Made by a program: the position numbers and the translations under genes
The notes under the pieces: model-generated
Databases searched by the model: none
Seen by the model: the letters and a program-made list of their open reading frames with translations, nothing else
Told to the model about the DNA's origin: nothing
Shown here: positions 39,911 to 53,096 of the stretch, piece after piece
How positions within the stretch are numbered: the first letter of the stretch is position 1
Layout: each line of letters starts with the position of its first letter
Assembly: GCA_964016885.1 (NCBI GenBank)
Contig: OZ024750.1
Span: 34,658,001-34,722,000 of the forward strand
DNA from: Eledone cirrhosa
Taxonomy: Eukaryota
Reading direction: 5' to 3'
Length of the DNA: 64,000 bases

Positions 39911-40432
39911 CCGTTTTACGTCCGTTCTTCCACGCTAGCATGGGTTAGACGGGTTGTCCTGTTGTGGGCAGTGTCTGGTCAGCTGACCATGCCTTGCTCA
40001 TACAGGAACTGATTTGTCTTGATTTCTACAGCTGGATGCCCTTCCTAACACCAACCTCATTTACAGTGAGTGCTGGGTGCTTTTTCGTGGCGCCTACACG
40101 TCCACTTTACAGTGTGGGCTGGGTGCTTTTTTGCTGTGGCACCTCCACCTTGCAGTGGGAGGGTGTGGGGGCATATTGTCTATATGCTTCAGCTTGTACC
40201 CCTGTAAGGTCGGGTACTCTGTATTACTGCATGACGCCAGAGGTCATGGTCGTGTGTCATCACCTTTGAGAGGTGTAATTAGGTACAGTCGGCTTTTATC
40301 ATCTCATCCCAGGTCATCTTGGGTCTCCCCACTCCGCGGTTTCCATCGACTTCTAGTGCTCTGCATCTTTTTATGCAGCTGTCATCCTTCATACGCATCA
40401 CATGTCCATACCAACGCATCCGCCTCGCCTGC
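39878..40432 (-). mobile_element. RTE-clade LINE 3' fragment, same family
   Basis: RRMRWYGHVMRMKDDSCIKRC...GRPKMTW plus the same 3' UTR and (ATC)n tail. Confidence 0.88.
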
Positions 40433-40454
40433 ACACACACACACATACACACAT

Positions 40455-40539
<85 letters not shown>

Positions 40540-42697
40540 TAGGCACATGGCTTAGTGGTTAGAGCGTTGGCCTTGCAATCGAATGGTTGTGAGTTCAATT
40601 CTCAGATCGGGTGATGTGTTGTTTCCTTAATGCTAGTGTGAAAGAACGGACGTAAAATGGTGATGATATAAATATATATATATGTCAGAATAGATGTAGA
40701 AAAAACCTGTTAGACCATTACTCACCCTTCCCTATCATTTGGGACCTGAGAATAGTTGATTATCTGTAAGTAAATATTATACTAGAGACATTGAAAATCA
40801 TGTTAGTCTGTTCCATTTTAATCCCAACCGATCTTCACAACCAGATTATATGTTTCTAGACACATAATTAAGATATATATTAATTAGAGGAAATTATATG
40901 ATTAATCTAGTTGATTGTCTTTTTGAAGTCCCCGTCTTATATTGATCAAGTCTGGTCACTTCTTATCTTCCTTGCTGAGAGTCAAGATCACCATGGACAA
41001 TTACACCAATGTTCATCTATATGATACATAGGGTGAAGGTCACCATGGACAATTGCACAAATACTGAAGGTCAAGGTCACCATGGATAATTGCACCAATG
41101 TTGGAGGTCAAGGTCACCACGGACATCTATGGTGAAGGAGACTGTAGACAATTGCACCAAATTTAAGGAGTTTAAGTGGAATTGGAACCTGTGTTTAATG
41201 ATAGGAAGCATTTTGAGGAAGAACTGATTGTTAATATTGATCAGCGAAGTCTTGCTAATGTGACTTCATGTGGAACGGGACGTTAAAAGTGAAGTACAAA
41301 GTGAGTCCAAATATATTTATCTGGTCTAAAATGTGCCACAAGGAAACAACCTGTTTGAGAACCAATATGGGTTAATAATTCTTTCTACTTTTGGCACAAG
41401 GCCAGCAATCACCCAGTACATTACTGGTATTTTATTTTATCGAACCCCGTAAGGATGAAAGGCAAAGTCAACCTCGGCAGGATTTGAACTCAGACCGTAA
41501 AGGGACGAAACTATGCTGGAAAGTTTGGCGTCCGACTCTCTACCGATACTGCCAATCTAATAATTGTTTCTACTTTAGGCACAAGGCCAGCAATTACCCA
41601 GTGCATTACTGGTACTTTATTTTATCAACCCCGTAAGGATGAAAGGCAAAGTTAACCTCGGCGGGATTTGAACTCAGACCGTAAAGGGATGTAACTGTGC
41701 TAGAAAGCATGGCGTCCAACCCTCTACCGATACTGCCAATTCACTGCCAATTTAATAATGATATATGTTTCAATGAAGTCTTGCTAATGTGACTTGATGT
41801 GGAACGGGACGTTAAAAGTCAAATACAAAGCGAGTCCAAATATTTTTATCTGGTCTAAAGTGTGCCACAAGGAAAGAAACAACCTGTTTGAGGGTCACTG
41901 AGGATAATTCAGTTTTAAGTTCTCAACATAGAACCAATGTTGATATGTTTAAGAGTGAGTGGTTTAACAGATATTATTTATTGATATTTCACAATATTGT
42001 GATTGTAGTTGGTAGTTGTGTAAATATCATTGAATATTAATCAGCAGATATCAATAATAGCAAGAATTGATCTACAACTTGTAAATATTTCAACCTTCTT
42101 CCAACTCACTCTTGTTCTTTTTCTCTTTTTTCCTCTCTACATACACACACACACACACATATATATACACACATATACACTCACTCTCTACTTACTTACA
42201 CATATAAACACACTCTCTACTTACATACACATATACACACACTCTACTTACATACACACATATATACACGCTCTCTACTTACACACATACACACACTTTC
42301 TACTTACACACACATATACACACACTCTCTACTTACACACATACACACACTCTCTACTTACACACATACACACACTTTCTACTTACACACATATACACAC
42401 ACTCTCTACTTACATACACATATACACACACTCTCTACTTACATACACATACAAACACAAACACTCTACTTACATACACATATACACACACTCTCTACTT
42501 ACAAACACATACAAACACACACACCCTCTCTCTCTTTCTTTTGTTCTTTTTCTCTTTTTCCTCTCTACTTACATAGACACACACACACACTCCCTCTCTT
42601 TCTCTCTATTTACACACACACACAACTATACACATACTCCCCCTCTCTCATTATTAGATCCCATCTCATCAACACCAACTTTATCTTTGTCTATATA

Positions 42698-43760
42698 CGA
42701 GGGTAATCCCAAAAGTAAGGTCTCGCTCACCGAGCTGCAATCCTGGGTCAAGCAAAGACCGAGAAAACTGGGCGCCTGGCACACCGAGTGTGCCCAGGCG
42801 CTCATGGCTCTCTGGCAGGCGGACCCGGCTGTCAGTGGAGAATCCACCTCGTCATTCTATAGAGGGCTGGTGGTTAGCAGGTGCGACGACGCCCTCGGAG
42901 AAGCCCTAAGCATGGAGGAAGATGAACTGGCCAACCTGTTCGGTAGGACATTCAGCCCGGGACCCATGGATAACTTCCAGAGGTCCCTGGCCTGGCAGTG
43001 CTACCGAGGGGCTCTGCCCGTTCGAGAAAGGCTCTACAGACACGGGCGCCTGGGTAGGGACCCCTCGAAAAAGATCTGTCCCAGATGCATGTGCGACGAG
43101 GAAACCGTTGCACACGCATTGGTACACTGCTCGGGCATTGCCGATCTGTGGAGCTATGTCGAACAACTGCTGTCAAGGGTGGGACCGATCCGGTTGGCCA
43201 CCGAGTCTATTGTAACGATCAAGCTGCCTCCCCTCTTCAAAAACGAAGGAGAGGTGGTGTTTCTGTGCGTAATAGCTATGGCAAAAGAGGTTGTATGGTG
43301 GACGCGTCTGAAAGGACTGAGGTCAGACACCTTTCTCTCTGGCCAACAACTGGTCCATTTCTTCCGATATCATTTCGGAAGAAGGATCAGGATGGAGAGA
43401 AAGGTGCTGCACCCCAGCTGTTTCTATGAAAGATGGGTGAAAGTGGGGGAGAATGGCCTGTGTGAATGGGCCTTCACTCTACATCAGACTGTAGGTGAGG
43501 AAGATGAAAGACCAAGGGAGCACCCCCTCTCTGTGCTCCTGAGGAGAAGGGTTGCACACTTTTTTCGGGGGTGTGTGCGGCCCCCCAAGGCGCCTCCTCC
43601 CTTTTGAGGATTTTGTTTTTCAATTTATTTTTGTTATATTTTATATTTTATATTTTTATATTTTGTTATTGCCTCCTCCTTAGTGAGGACGCCTTTTTAT
43701 GTAAACTCCCCCATTGTACTTGTCCCACTCTTTGATGCCCTGGTGGCAAATAAAAAGAAA
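42698..43760 (+). mobile_element. L1/Tx1-type non-LTR retrotransposon 3' fragment (zf-RVT/CCHC region)
   Basis: GC-rich island encoding AWQCYRGALPVRERL...CPRCMCDEETVAHALVHC. It ends in aataaaaagaaa. Flanks ttatctttgtctatata and ttatctgtctatata resemble a TSD. The N-terminal part of ORF 42030-43607 is microsatellite read-through. Confidence 0.85.
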
Positions 43761-44051
43761 GTTATCTGTCTATATATTTATCTTCATGGCTCTCTTCCAC
43801 TTCTCTCTATTTTCACACACAATACTCTCTCTCTCTCTCATTTTTACATCATCCCATCAACTCCAACTTCCTATCTATATATCTTTACTTCTCTCTCTCT
43901 CTCTCTCTCTACCAATTCCTCTCTCTCTCTCACACCTTACCTGTGATTACCTGTCAAGTGAATGTAGATAAAGACTTCAGTCACAAATGAATTTTTTTAT
44001 CTTATCTATTTGAAATAACTCCACAATATTAACAGCAACATTGTCTTCATT

Positions 44052-44835
44052 ATAGTGAGTGGTGTATAGTGAGTGTATAGGGAGTGTATAGTGAGTGTAT
44101 AGGGGAGTGTATAGGGAGTGTATAGGGAGTGTATAGGGGAGTGTATAGGGAGTGTATAGGGATTGTATAGGGAGTGTATAGGGAGTGTATAGGGGAGTGT
44201 ATAGTGAGTGGTGTATAGGGAGTGTATAGGGAGTGTATAGTGAGTGGTGTATAGTGAGTGTATAGGGAGTGTATAGGGAGTGTATAGTGAGTGTATAGGG
44301 GAGTGTATAGGGAGTGTATAGGGAGTGTATAGGGGAGTGTATAGGGAGTGTATAGGGAGTGTATAGGGGAGTGTATAGGGAGTGTATAGTGAGTGGTGTA
44401 TAGTGAGTGTATAGGGAGTGTATAGGGAGTGTATAGGGGAGTGTATAGGGAGTGTATAGGGAGTGTATAGGGAGTGTATAGGGAGTGTATAGGGGAGTGT
44501 ATAGTGAGTGTATAGGGGAGTGTATAGGGAGTGTATAGGGGAGTGTATAGTGAGTGTATAGGGAGTGTATAGGGGAGTGTATAGGGGAGTGTATAGGGAG
44601 TGTATAGGGAGTGTATAGGGGAGTGTATAGGGGAGTGTATAGGGGAGTGTATAGTGAGTGTATAGGGAGTGTATAGGGGAGTGTATAGGGAGTGTATAGG
44701 GGAGTGTATAGTGAGTGTATAGGGAGTGTATAGGGGAGTGTATAGGGGAGTGTATAGGGAGTGTATAGTGAGTGTATAGGGAGTGTATAGGGGAGTGTAT
44801 AGGGAGTGTATAGGGAGTGTATAGTGAGTGTATAG
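44052..44835 (+). repeat. G-rich 11/12-bp satellite (tatagggagtg / tataggggagtg / tatagtgagtg)
   Basis: ~780 bp of tandem units with no C on the + strand. Confidence 0.92.
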
Positions 44836-44880
44836 CATACCAACTAGTTTATCTAATTCTTCTAGGAATTTATTCATCAA

Positions 44881-44952
<72 letters not shown>

Positions 44953-44957
<5 letters not shown>

Positions 44958-45515
44958 AAGTTATATTTAAAATTGTTGGGTTACAACTAGTAAATATTTA
45001 TAACTGATATAAAAGCACTCGACAAATATTTGGAGTATATTTACAATATTAAATAAATGGAAAACTATATTTATAAAACCATATTTATTTCATTATATAT
45101 ATTTCGGGGATATCATATTAACAATATGCTATGCCTTCATCAGACAAAATACAATATAAACAGTTTTATAGATAAATATATTCGACATACCGTAATAAAC
45201 ATCAACTTCATTTGAAGAGGTTTACTCTAGCAGTGAAAATACAGAGAGAAAGAAAGAGAGAAAGAAAAGAGGGAAAAACGAAAGAAAGAAAGAAAGACAA
45301 AACGAAGAAAAGGAAGAAAAAGAAGAAAAAGAAAAAGAAGAAATGCATGGAACAAAATAGAGAGATGGAAAAATAGATAAAGTGAAGAGCTTCATGTAAA
45401 GAGACAGAAAGATATATATATATATAGAGAGAGAGGAAATAGAGATAGATACATATATATATATAGAAAATTAGGTAGTGGGAGGTCATTTTGAGTAAGT
45501 GTATCAATGATACAT

Positions 45516-45550
<35 letters not shown>

Positions 45551-46010
45551 GCTCAAGTATTAATGTAAGGGAGATATATAGAGAGATATAGAGAGATATA
45601 GAGAGAGAAAAAAATTTTAAAATATCCAGACATATTCGAGGCGTAGAAAACCCTATGTTTTAATGTATTAGTATTTATAAAACTTACACTACACTGTAAA
45701 TATCAGTATTCCTGAATGAAACAAGTATTCACAATGTGTGAAAATTCATTATCTTATGTTTAGTTTTAAAAATTCATATGTCTATGTGACAGCTACAAAT
45801 CTCAATGTGAATCCAACTGATTCACTCCGCAAACTCTAAGTTATCGGAAAACATTCTCAATGTGGTATAAAAATTTGAGCGTATTATTATTCTTGCGATT
45901 ACTCTACAAGATTATCTATCAAGCAGAAATAGAGAGCAGATTTCAATATACTAATCGAAAATATATATTATATTATAAACAAAGATAACAATAATAATAA
46001 TAATAAGTAA
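44953..46010 (-). repeat. Penelope pseudo-LTR (3' copy)
   Basis: Near-identical to 48981-50034; contains a hammerhead motif at 45086-45151. Confidence 0.9.
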
Positions 46011-46720
46011 AAATATATAAAAATATAGAATAGAAAACTAAAAAAATATTACGAAAGAATATTACATAATAAAAATATTGCATATTAAAAATACTACGTA
46101 TTAAAAAATATTACGTATTAAAGATTTACATATAAAAATTTACATATAAAAATATACATATAAAAATTTACATATAAAAATTTACATATAAACATATATA
46201 AAAATATTAAAAAAAAATATTAAAAAAATAATTAAAAAAATAAAATAAAAATAAAAATATTATAGAATACTACAATACTAAAAGAATAAAAGTAAAAATA
46301 AAAATAAAAATAAAAATAAAAATAAAAATAAAAATGAAAATAAAAATAAACCACAAAAAACAACCCTTCAAAGTTAATTGACAATATATTGCCAAGTTCA
46401 CTACAAGACAAAGCCAAAAATTATCTATCAAATCACATCTAGCAAAGAATATCGTAAAAAGATTATGATGTCCAATAATGTCTACATATGTTCCTATGTT
46501 TAATATAGAAGTTTATCTAGTGTAAGGTTAATTCAAAAAATTTGGAGCATCGGCTTTTAGGGTAGCTTAATTTTTCATGAGGAATGTTTAGATAAAAATA
46601 AAAATAAATAAAATAAAATAAACAATAAAAAAAAAAAGAGTAAAACGAGGGAATCAAAGATTTAGGAATCAAAAGATTTATCGGCTAGTTCTCATATAAA
46701 TATAAATCAAACTAAATATA

Positions 46721-48934
46721 CTACATTTTAAATTTAAATTTATATTTAAACGTTGAGTTTAATCTATGTTTGCAACAACTGAATAAATTTGTCCGTAGGT
46801 TAAGGGAGTTTTTAGATTTTAGTATAAAGAATATCTCCTCTGCGCAGAGGTCACATGTCTCAGAGGATGAATTAAAAGGAATCCCTCTTGAGACTATATT
46901 CCAAGCCGTCGAATATCTAACGTTATCTAGCTTAAGTTGCCAGAGTACCCCTGATAGTGCCGTTGAAGATTTTTTATTTGGATCTGTGAAAGAATTCTTG
47001 TGGTTATTATAGCGAAGTTTAAATTCCGTCGATGTGGAACCGACGTAGTTAAAAGAATTAGAGTCAGTATTAACATTACAATTGTATACTATATTTTTAA
47101 CTAAGCAGTTGTTATTTAACGGACATTTAGATCTATCTCTACAGTTACATTTGTTAACTTGTATATTATTTATGCTATTATCAGTAGGTTTTAAGTTCCT
47201 ATTATTTATTCTATTAATATTTTGTGCTAAATTTTTGGTGGATGAGTAGGTTAATTTAATTGTATGCCTATTGAAGATTGAGTGATACCTATGTGTTCTA
47301 GGGAAGCGATTATCAAGAGCTTTGAAAAATAATTTAGCGATGTGGGTTTTAATGTTTAGTGAGAAAGGGGGGGCAAACCAAATTATGTTCCTAGTTCTAT
47401 TTCTTTTTTGTCCTTTGGAATTATTGTAATGCTTTCTATTATAGTTGTTAATGTTGTTGCCGTAATTAAAAAAGTTGTTACTTTGTTTAGTTTGTCTATC
47501 ATTATCTATGTATACAATCTTATCAGCATACCCTGCCCTAGCTAGTGCATCATTATAGTATTGGGCCTTTTCGTCAAAAATCTTTCTATTCGACGAGATC
47601 CTAGAGATACGTTTTTGGACTGAGTTTACTATAGTGTTTTTGACAGATCTGGGGTGGTTAGAGTTAAAGTTGACATAGTTTAAGTTTTCATTCAACTTGT
47701 GAAAAGGATAGTGGAGACATGTGTTGAGATTTAATGTTATATCTAGGAAATTGACTATTCTATGGTTGTTCTCAATTTCTATTTTAAGGTTAAAGTAATT
47801 AAAAAATTTTGTAATTTGTTTACATTTTCTATTTAGTTCAGGGTTATTATTATTAATAAGTAAAAGCATGTCATCCCTATATAAACCTCCGGTAGTACCA
47901 GGTATTTTCCTATGTAGCGAATTGATTAAAAATAAGCCCACAAGGTCAGTTACCTGAGCTGAGTCGGAAGATCCCATAGTTATGTCAAAATTGCTATCTC
48001 TATCTGCTCTAGTCCATAATTTGTCATTAAATTCTATCAGAGTTTTCCTAGCCGATAATATAATATGCATTTCTTTGCTAGTTAGGTCCGTATGTTTGAA
48101 TGCGTAATTTAGTGCCCTATTTAGTAGACTAGGGGTAATAGAAGAATAATAGTTAGCTATATCAAGTTGAATAAACCTATTATTATTGTCATCTTTAATT
48201 TGCCTAAACCACTCAACAACCTCTCCAGTTCCCTTCCACAAGCTCAGGTTAGATACACGATCCAAGTTCTTAATTTGCAGTATCACCCTGTCAAGAATGC
48301 TTTTACTTAATTTTCCCAGGTCCGATTTTGAAGGTGCGATCAATCTCACTGGCAGGTCATTTTCAAAATTGCTCTTGTGGTCCTTCATATTGATCTTCGG
48401 TTTCCTGGGCACGAAAGGTTGTGTTCTGTTCTCAATTTCCAACTCATGCATTATACAAGATGCTTCAACATTCATTTTCTCAAGTTCGGCCTTATCTGCT
48501 ACCTTGTATTTTTTCCTCAGCTCTTTCAATATGAGGCCATTATACATGTCTTTCCGCACTCCATAGAGGTTGTTGGTCTTGTCAGATTTCACCAAGATCT
48601 TCTCAGTTTTCTCTAAGCTCTCAATGTTATCCTTAATGCCTTTCAGATATTCCTGGCCTTTAAAGTTTCTCTTAAATTTGACCCCTTGTATGATAGAAAT
48701 TATATCGTTTTCAAAGTCAGATAAAAGTTTGTTAGGGGGTGGATTTCTTTTAGATTTGAAAACTTTGTTTAAGTCCGAGATATTTTCGTCTGCATTAGAT
48801 TTATCAAAGTGGAATGCGCGCCACCTGATTCTCCTTATAAAAGAGTCAGATTTATCTATTAGTTGTTTTACAAAGTCTTTGTTTCTAGGTAGAGGTATGT
48901 CTTTTAGAGAGGAAGTAATCTTAAAGAATTCCAT
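46721..48934 (-). CDS. Penelope-like retroelement ORF: reverse transcriptase + GIY-YIG endonuclease (737 aa, uninterrupted)
   Basis: RT motifs KSDKTNN, P(V)RLIAP, QLDIANYYSSI, ITMGSSDSAQVTDLVG, LYRDD, NFLDITL. Linker RNIIWFAPPFS. Cys-rich CNCRDRSKCPLNNNC. GIY-YIG variant NIVYNC...NYVGST...FKLRYNNH. C-terminal CDLCAEE...CCKH. Confidence 0.95.
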   Translation of the reverse strand: MEFFKITSSLKDIPLPRNKDFVKQLIDKSDSFIRRIRWRAFHFDKSNADENISDLNKVFKSKRNPPPNKLLSDFENDIISIIQGVKFKRNFKGQEYLKGIKDNIESLEKTEKILVKSDKTNNLYGVRKDMYNGLILKELRKKYKVADKAELEKMNVEASCIMHELEIENRTQPFVPRKPKINMKDHKSNFENDLPVRLIAPSKSDLGKLSKSILDRVILQIKNLDRVSNLSLWKGTGEVVEWFRQIKDDNNNRFIQLDIANYYSSITPSLLNRALNYAFKHTDLTSKEMHIILSARKTLIEFNDKLWTRADRDSNFDITMGSSDSAQVTDLVGLFLINSLHRKIPGTTGGLYRDDMLLLINNNNPELNRKCKQITKFFNYFNLKIEIENNHRIVNFLDITLNLNTCLHYPFHKLNENLNYVNFNSNHPRSVKNTIVNSVQKRISRISSNRKIFDEKAQYYNDALARAGYADKIVYIDNDRQTKQSNNFFNYGNNINNYNRKHYNNSKGQKRNRTRNIIWFAPPFSLNIKTHIAKLFFKALDNRFPRTHRYHSIFNRHTIKLTYSSTKNLAQNINRINNRNLKPTDNSINNIQVNKCNCRDRSKCPLNNNCLVKNIVYNCNVNTDSNSFNYVGSTSTEFKLRYNNHKNSFTDPNKKSSTALSGVLWQLKLDNVRYSTAWNIVSRGIPFNSSSETCDLCAEEIFFILKSKNSLNLRTNLFSCCKHRLNSTFKYKFKFKM

Positions 48935-48980
48935 TTTTCAGTTATAATATAAAGCGCTCAACAGTATTGGAGCAAGATAC

Positions 48981-49539
48981 ATGTAAAGTTATATTTAAAA
49001 TTGTTGGGTTACAACTAGTAAATATTTATAACTGATATAAAAGCACTCGACAAATATTTGGAGTATATTTACAATATTAAATAAATGGAAAACTATATTT
49101 ATAAAACCATATTTATTTCATTATATATATTTCGGGGATATCATATTAACAATATGCTATGCCTTCATCAGACAAAATGCAATATAAACAGTTTTATAGA
49201 TAAATATATTCGACATACCGTAATAAACATCAACTTCATTTGAAGAGGTTTACGCTAGCAGTGAAAATACAGAGAGAAAGAAAGAGAGAAAGAAAAGAGG
49301 GAAAAACGAAAGAAAGAAAGACAAAACGAAGAAAAGGAAGAAAAAGAAGAAAAAGAAAAAGAAGAAATGCATGGAACAAAATAGAGAGATGGAAAAATAG
49401 ATAAAGTGAAGAGCTTCATGTAAAGAGACAGAAAGATATATATATATATAGAGAGAGAGGAAATAGAGATAGATACATATATATATATAGAAAATTAGGT
49501 AGTGGGAGGTCATTTTGAGTAAGTGTATCAATGATACAT

Positions 49540-49574
<35 letters not shown>

Positions 49575-50034
49575 GCTCAAGTATTAATGTAAGGGAGATA
49601 TATAGAGAGATATAGAGAGATATAGAGAGAGAAAAAAATTTTAAAATATCCAGACATATTCGAGGCGTAGAAAACCCTATGTTTTAATGTATTAGTATTT
49701 ATAAAACTTACACTACACTGTAAATATCAGTATTCCTGAATGAAACAAGTATTCACAATGTGTGAAAATTCATTATCTTATGTTTAGTTTTAAAAATTCA
49801 TATGTCTATGTGACAGCTACAAATCTCAATGTGAATCCAACTGATTCACTCCGCAAACTCTAAGTTATCGGAAAACATTCTCAATGTGGTATAAAAATTT
49901 GAGCGTATTATTATTCTTGCGATTACTCTACAAGATTATCTATCAAGCAGAAATAGAGAGCAGATTTCAATATACTAATCGAAAATATATATTATATTAT
50001 AAACAAAGATAACAATAATAATAATAATAAGTAA
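48981..50034 (-). repeat. Penelope pseudo-LTR (5' copy, upstream of ORF)
   Basis: Direct repeat of 44953-46010; hammerhead motif at 49114-49179. Confidence 0.9.
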
Positions 50035-51468
50035 CTGACCTTGTGGGCTTATTTTTAATCAATTCGCTACATAGGAAAATACCTGGTACTACCGGAGGTT
50101 TATATAGGGATGACATGCTTTTACTTATTAATAATAATAACCCTGAACTAAATAGAAAATGTAAACAAATTACAAAATTTTTTAATTACTTTAACCTTAA
50201 AATAGAAATTGAGAACAACCATAGAATAGTCAATTTCCTAGATATAACATTAAATCTCAACACATGTCTCCACTATCCTTTTCACAAGTTGAATGAAAAC
50301 TTAAACTATGTCAACTTTAACTCTAACCACCCCAGATCTGTCAAAAACACTATAGTAAACTCAGTCCAAAAACGTATCTCTAGGATCTCGTCGAATAGAA
50401 AGATTTTTGACGAAAAGGCCCAATACTATAATGATGCACTAGCTAGGGCAGGGTATGCTGATAAGATTGTATACATAGATAATTGTTTCTACTTTTGGCA
50501 CAAGGCCAGCAAATATCCAGTACATTACTGGTACTTTATTTTATCGACCCCGTAAGGATGAAAGGCAAAGTTAACCTCGGCGGGATTTGAACTCAGACTG
50601 TAAAGGGACGTAACTATGCTAGAAAGCATGGCGTCCGACCCTCTACCGATACTGCCAATCCACCGCCCTCATTGTATACATAGATAATGATAGACAAACT
50701 AAACAAAGTAACAACTTTTTTAATTACGGCAACAACATTAACAACTATAATAGAAAGCATTACAATAATTCCAAAGGACAAAAAAGAAATAGAACTAGGA
50801 ACATAATTTGGTTTGCCCCCCCTTTCTCACTAAACATTAAAACCCACATCGCTAAATTATTTTTCAAAGCTCTTGATAATCGCTTCCCTAGAACACATAG
50901 GTATCACTCAATCTTCAATAGGCATACAATTAAATTAACCTACTCATCCACCAAAAATTTAGCACAAAATATTAATAGAATAAATAATAGGAACTTAAAA
51001 CCTACTGATAATAGCATAAATAATATACAAGTTAACAAATGTAACTGTAGAGATAGATCTAAATGTCCGTTAAATAACAACTGCTTAGTTAAAAATATAG
51101 TATACAATTGTAATGTTAATACTGACTCTAATTCTTTTAACTACGTCGGTTCCACATCGACGGAATTTAAACTTCGCTATAATAACCACAAGAATTCTTT
51201 CACAGATCCAAATAAAAAATCTTCAACGGCACTATCAGGGGTACTCTGGCAACTTAAGCTAGATAACGTTAGATATTCGACGGCTTGGAATATAGTCTCA
51301 AGAGGGATTCCTTTTAATTCATCCTCTGAGACATGTGACCTCTGCGCAGAGGAGATATTCTTTATACTAAAATCTAAAAACTCCCTTAACCTACGGACAA
51401 ATTTATTCAGTTGTTGCAAACATAGATTAAACTCAACGTTTAAATATAAATTTAAATTTAAAATGTAG
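50031..51468 (+). pseudogene. 5'-truncated inverted copy of the Penelope ORF (from VTDLVG to stop), interrupted by a SINE
   Basis: ORF 50043-50555 matches the RT C-terminal half up to KIVYIDN and then runs into SINE sequence. The Penelope sequence resumes at 50671 and ends aaaatgtag at ~51468. Confidence 0.92.
50484..50670 (-). mobile_element. SINE family B inserted in the inverted Penelope copy, 18-bp TSD
   Basis: attgtatacatagataat occurs at 50466-50483 and 50671-50688; the empty site is visible in the intact copy near 47500-47518. Confidence 0.92.
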
Positions 51469-52649
51469 TATATTTAGTTTGATTTATATTTATATGAGAA
51501 CTAGCCGATAAATCTTTTGATTCCTAAATCTTTGATTCCCTCGTTTTACTCTTTTTTTTTTTATTGTTTATTTTATTTTATTTATTTTTATTTTTATCTA
51601 AACATTCCTCATGAAAAATTAAGCTACCCTAAAAGCCGATGCTCCAAATTTTTTGAATTAACCTTACACTAGATAAACTTCTATATTAAACATAGGAACA
51701 TATGTAGACATTATTGGACATCATAATCTTTTTACGATATTCTTTGCTAGATGTGATTTGATAGATAATTTTTGGCTTTGTCTTGTAGTGAACTTGGCAA
51801 TATATTGTCAATTAACTTTGAAGGGTTGTTTTTTGTGGTTTATTTTTATTTTCATTTTTATTTTTATTTTTATTTTTATTTTTATTTTTATTTTTACTTT
51901 TATTCTTTTAGTATTGTAGTATTCTATAATATTTTTATTTTTATTTTATTTTTTTAATTATTTTTTTAATATTTTTTTTTTAATATTTTTATATATTTTT
52001 ATATATTTTTATATGTAAATTTTTATATGTAAATTTTTATATGTATATTTTTATATGTAAATTTTTATATGTAAATCTTTAATACGTAATATTTTTTAAT
52101 ACGTAGTATTTTTAATATGCAATATTTTTATTATGTAATATTCTTTCGTAATATTTTTTTAGTTTTCTATTCTATATTTTTATATATTTTTACTTATTAT
52201 TATTATTATTGTTATCTTTGTTTATAATATAATATATATTTTCGATTAGTATATTGAAATCTGCTCTCTATTTCTGCTTGATAGATAATCTTGTAGAGTA
52301 ATCGCAAGAATAATAATACGCTCAAATTTTTATACCACATTGAGAATGTTTTCCGATAACTTAGAGTTTGCGGAGTGAATCAGTTGGATTCACATTGAGA
52401 TTTGTAGCTGTCACATAGACATATGAATTTTTAAAACTAAACATAAGATAATGAATTTTCACACATTGTGAATACTTGTTTCATTCAGGAATACTGATAT
52501 TTACAGTGTAGTGTAAGTTTTATAAATACTAATACATTAAAACATAGGGTTTTCTACGCCTCGAATATGTCTGGATATTTTAAAATTTTTTTCTCTCTCT
52601 ATATCTCTCTATATCTCTCTATATATCTCCCTTACATTAATACTCGAGC

Positions 52650-52680
<31 letters not shown>

Positions 52681-53030
52681 ATGTATCATTGATACACTTA
52701 CTCAAAATGACCTCCCACTACCTAATTTTCTATATATATATATGTATCTATCTCTATTTCCTCTCTCTCTCTATATATATATATCTTTCTGTCTCTTTAC
52801 ATGAAGCTCTTCACTTTATCTATTTTTCCATCTCTCTATTTTGTTCCATGCATTTCTTCTTTTTCTTCTTTTTCTTCCTTTTCTTCGTTTTGTCTTTCTT
52901 TCTTTCGTTTTTCCCTCTTTTCTTTCTCTCTTTCTTTCTGTATTTTCACTGCTAGCGTAAACCTCTTCAAATGAAGTTGATGTTTATTACGGTATGTCGA
53001 ATATATTTATCTATAAAACTGTTTATATTG

Positions 53031-53096
53031 TATTTTGTCTGATGAAGGCATAGCATATTGTTAATATGATATCCCCGAAATATATATAATGAAATA
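53031..53096 (+). ncRNA. Type I hammerhead ribozyme motif in Penelope pLTR (also 45086-45151 and 49114-49179 on minus)
   Basis: TATTTTGT CTGATGA aggcatagCATATTgttAATATGatatcccc GAAA TATATA TA ATGAAATA: helix I pairs, core intact, palindromic helix III. The base of helix II is imperfect. Confidence 0.7.

Noticed and set aside
42030-42697. N-terminal half of the 525-aa ORF as a real protein
   Set aside because: CA/CT-rich repeat that is fortuitously in frame with the L1/Tx1 fragment.
43977-44880. 276-288 aa YTP/IHS-repeat ORFs
   Set aside because: Read-through of the G-rich satellite; no evidence of a gene.
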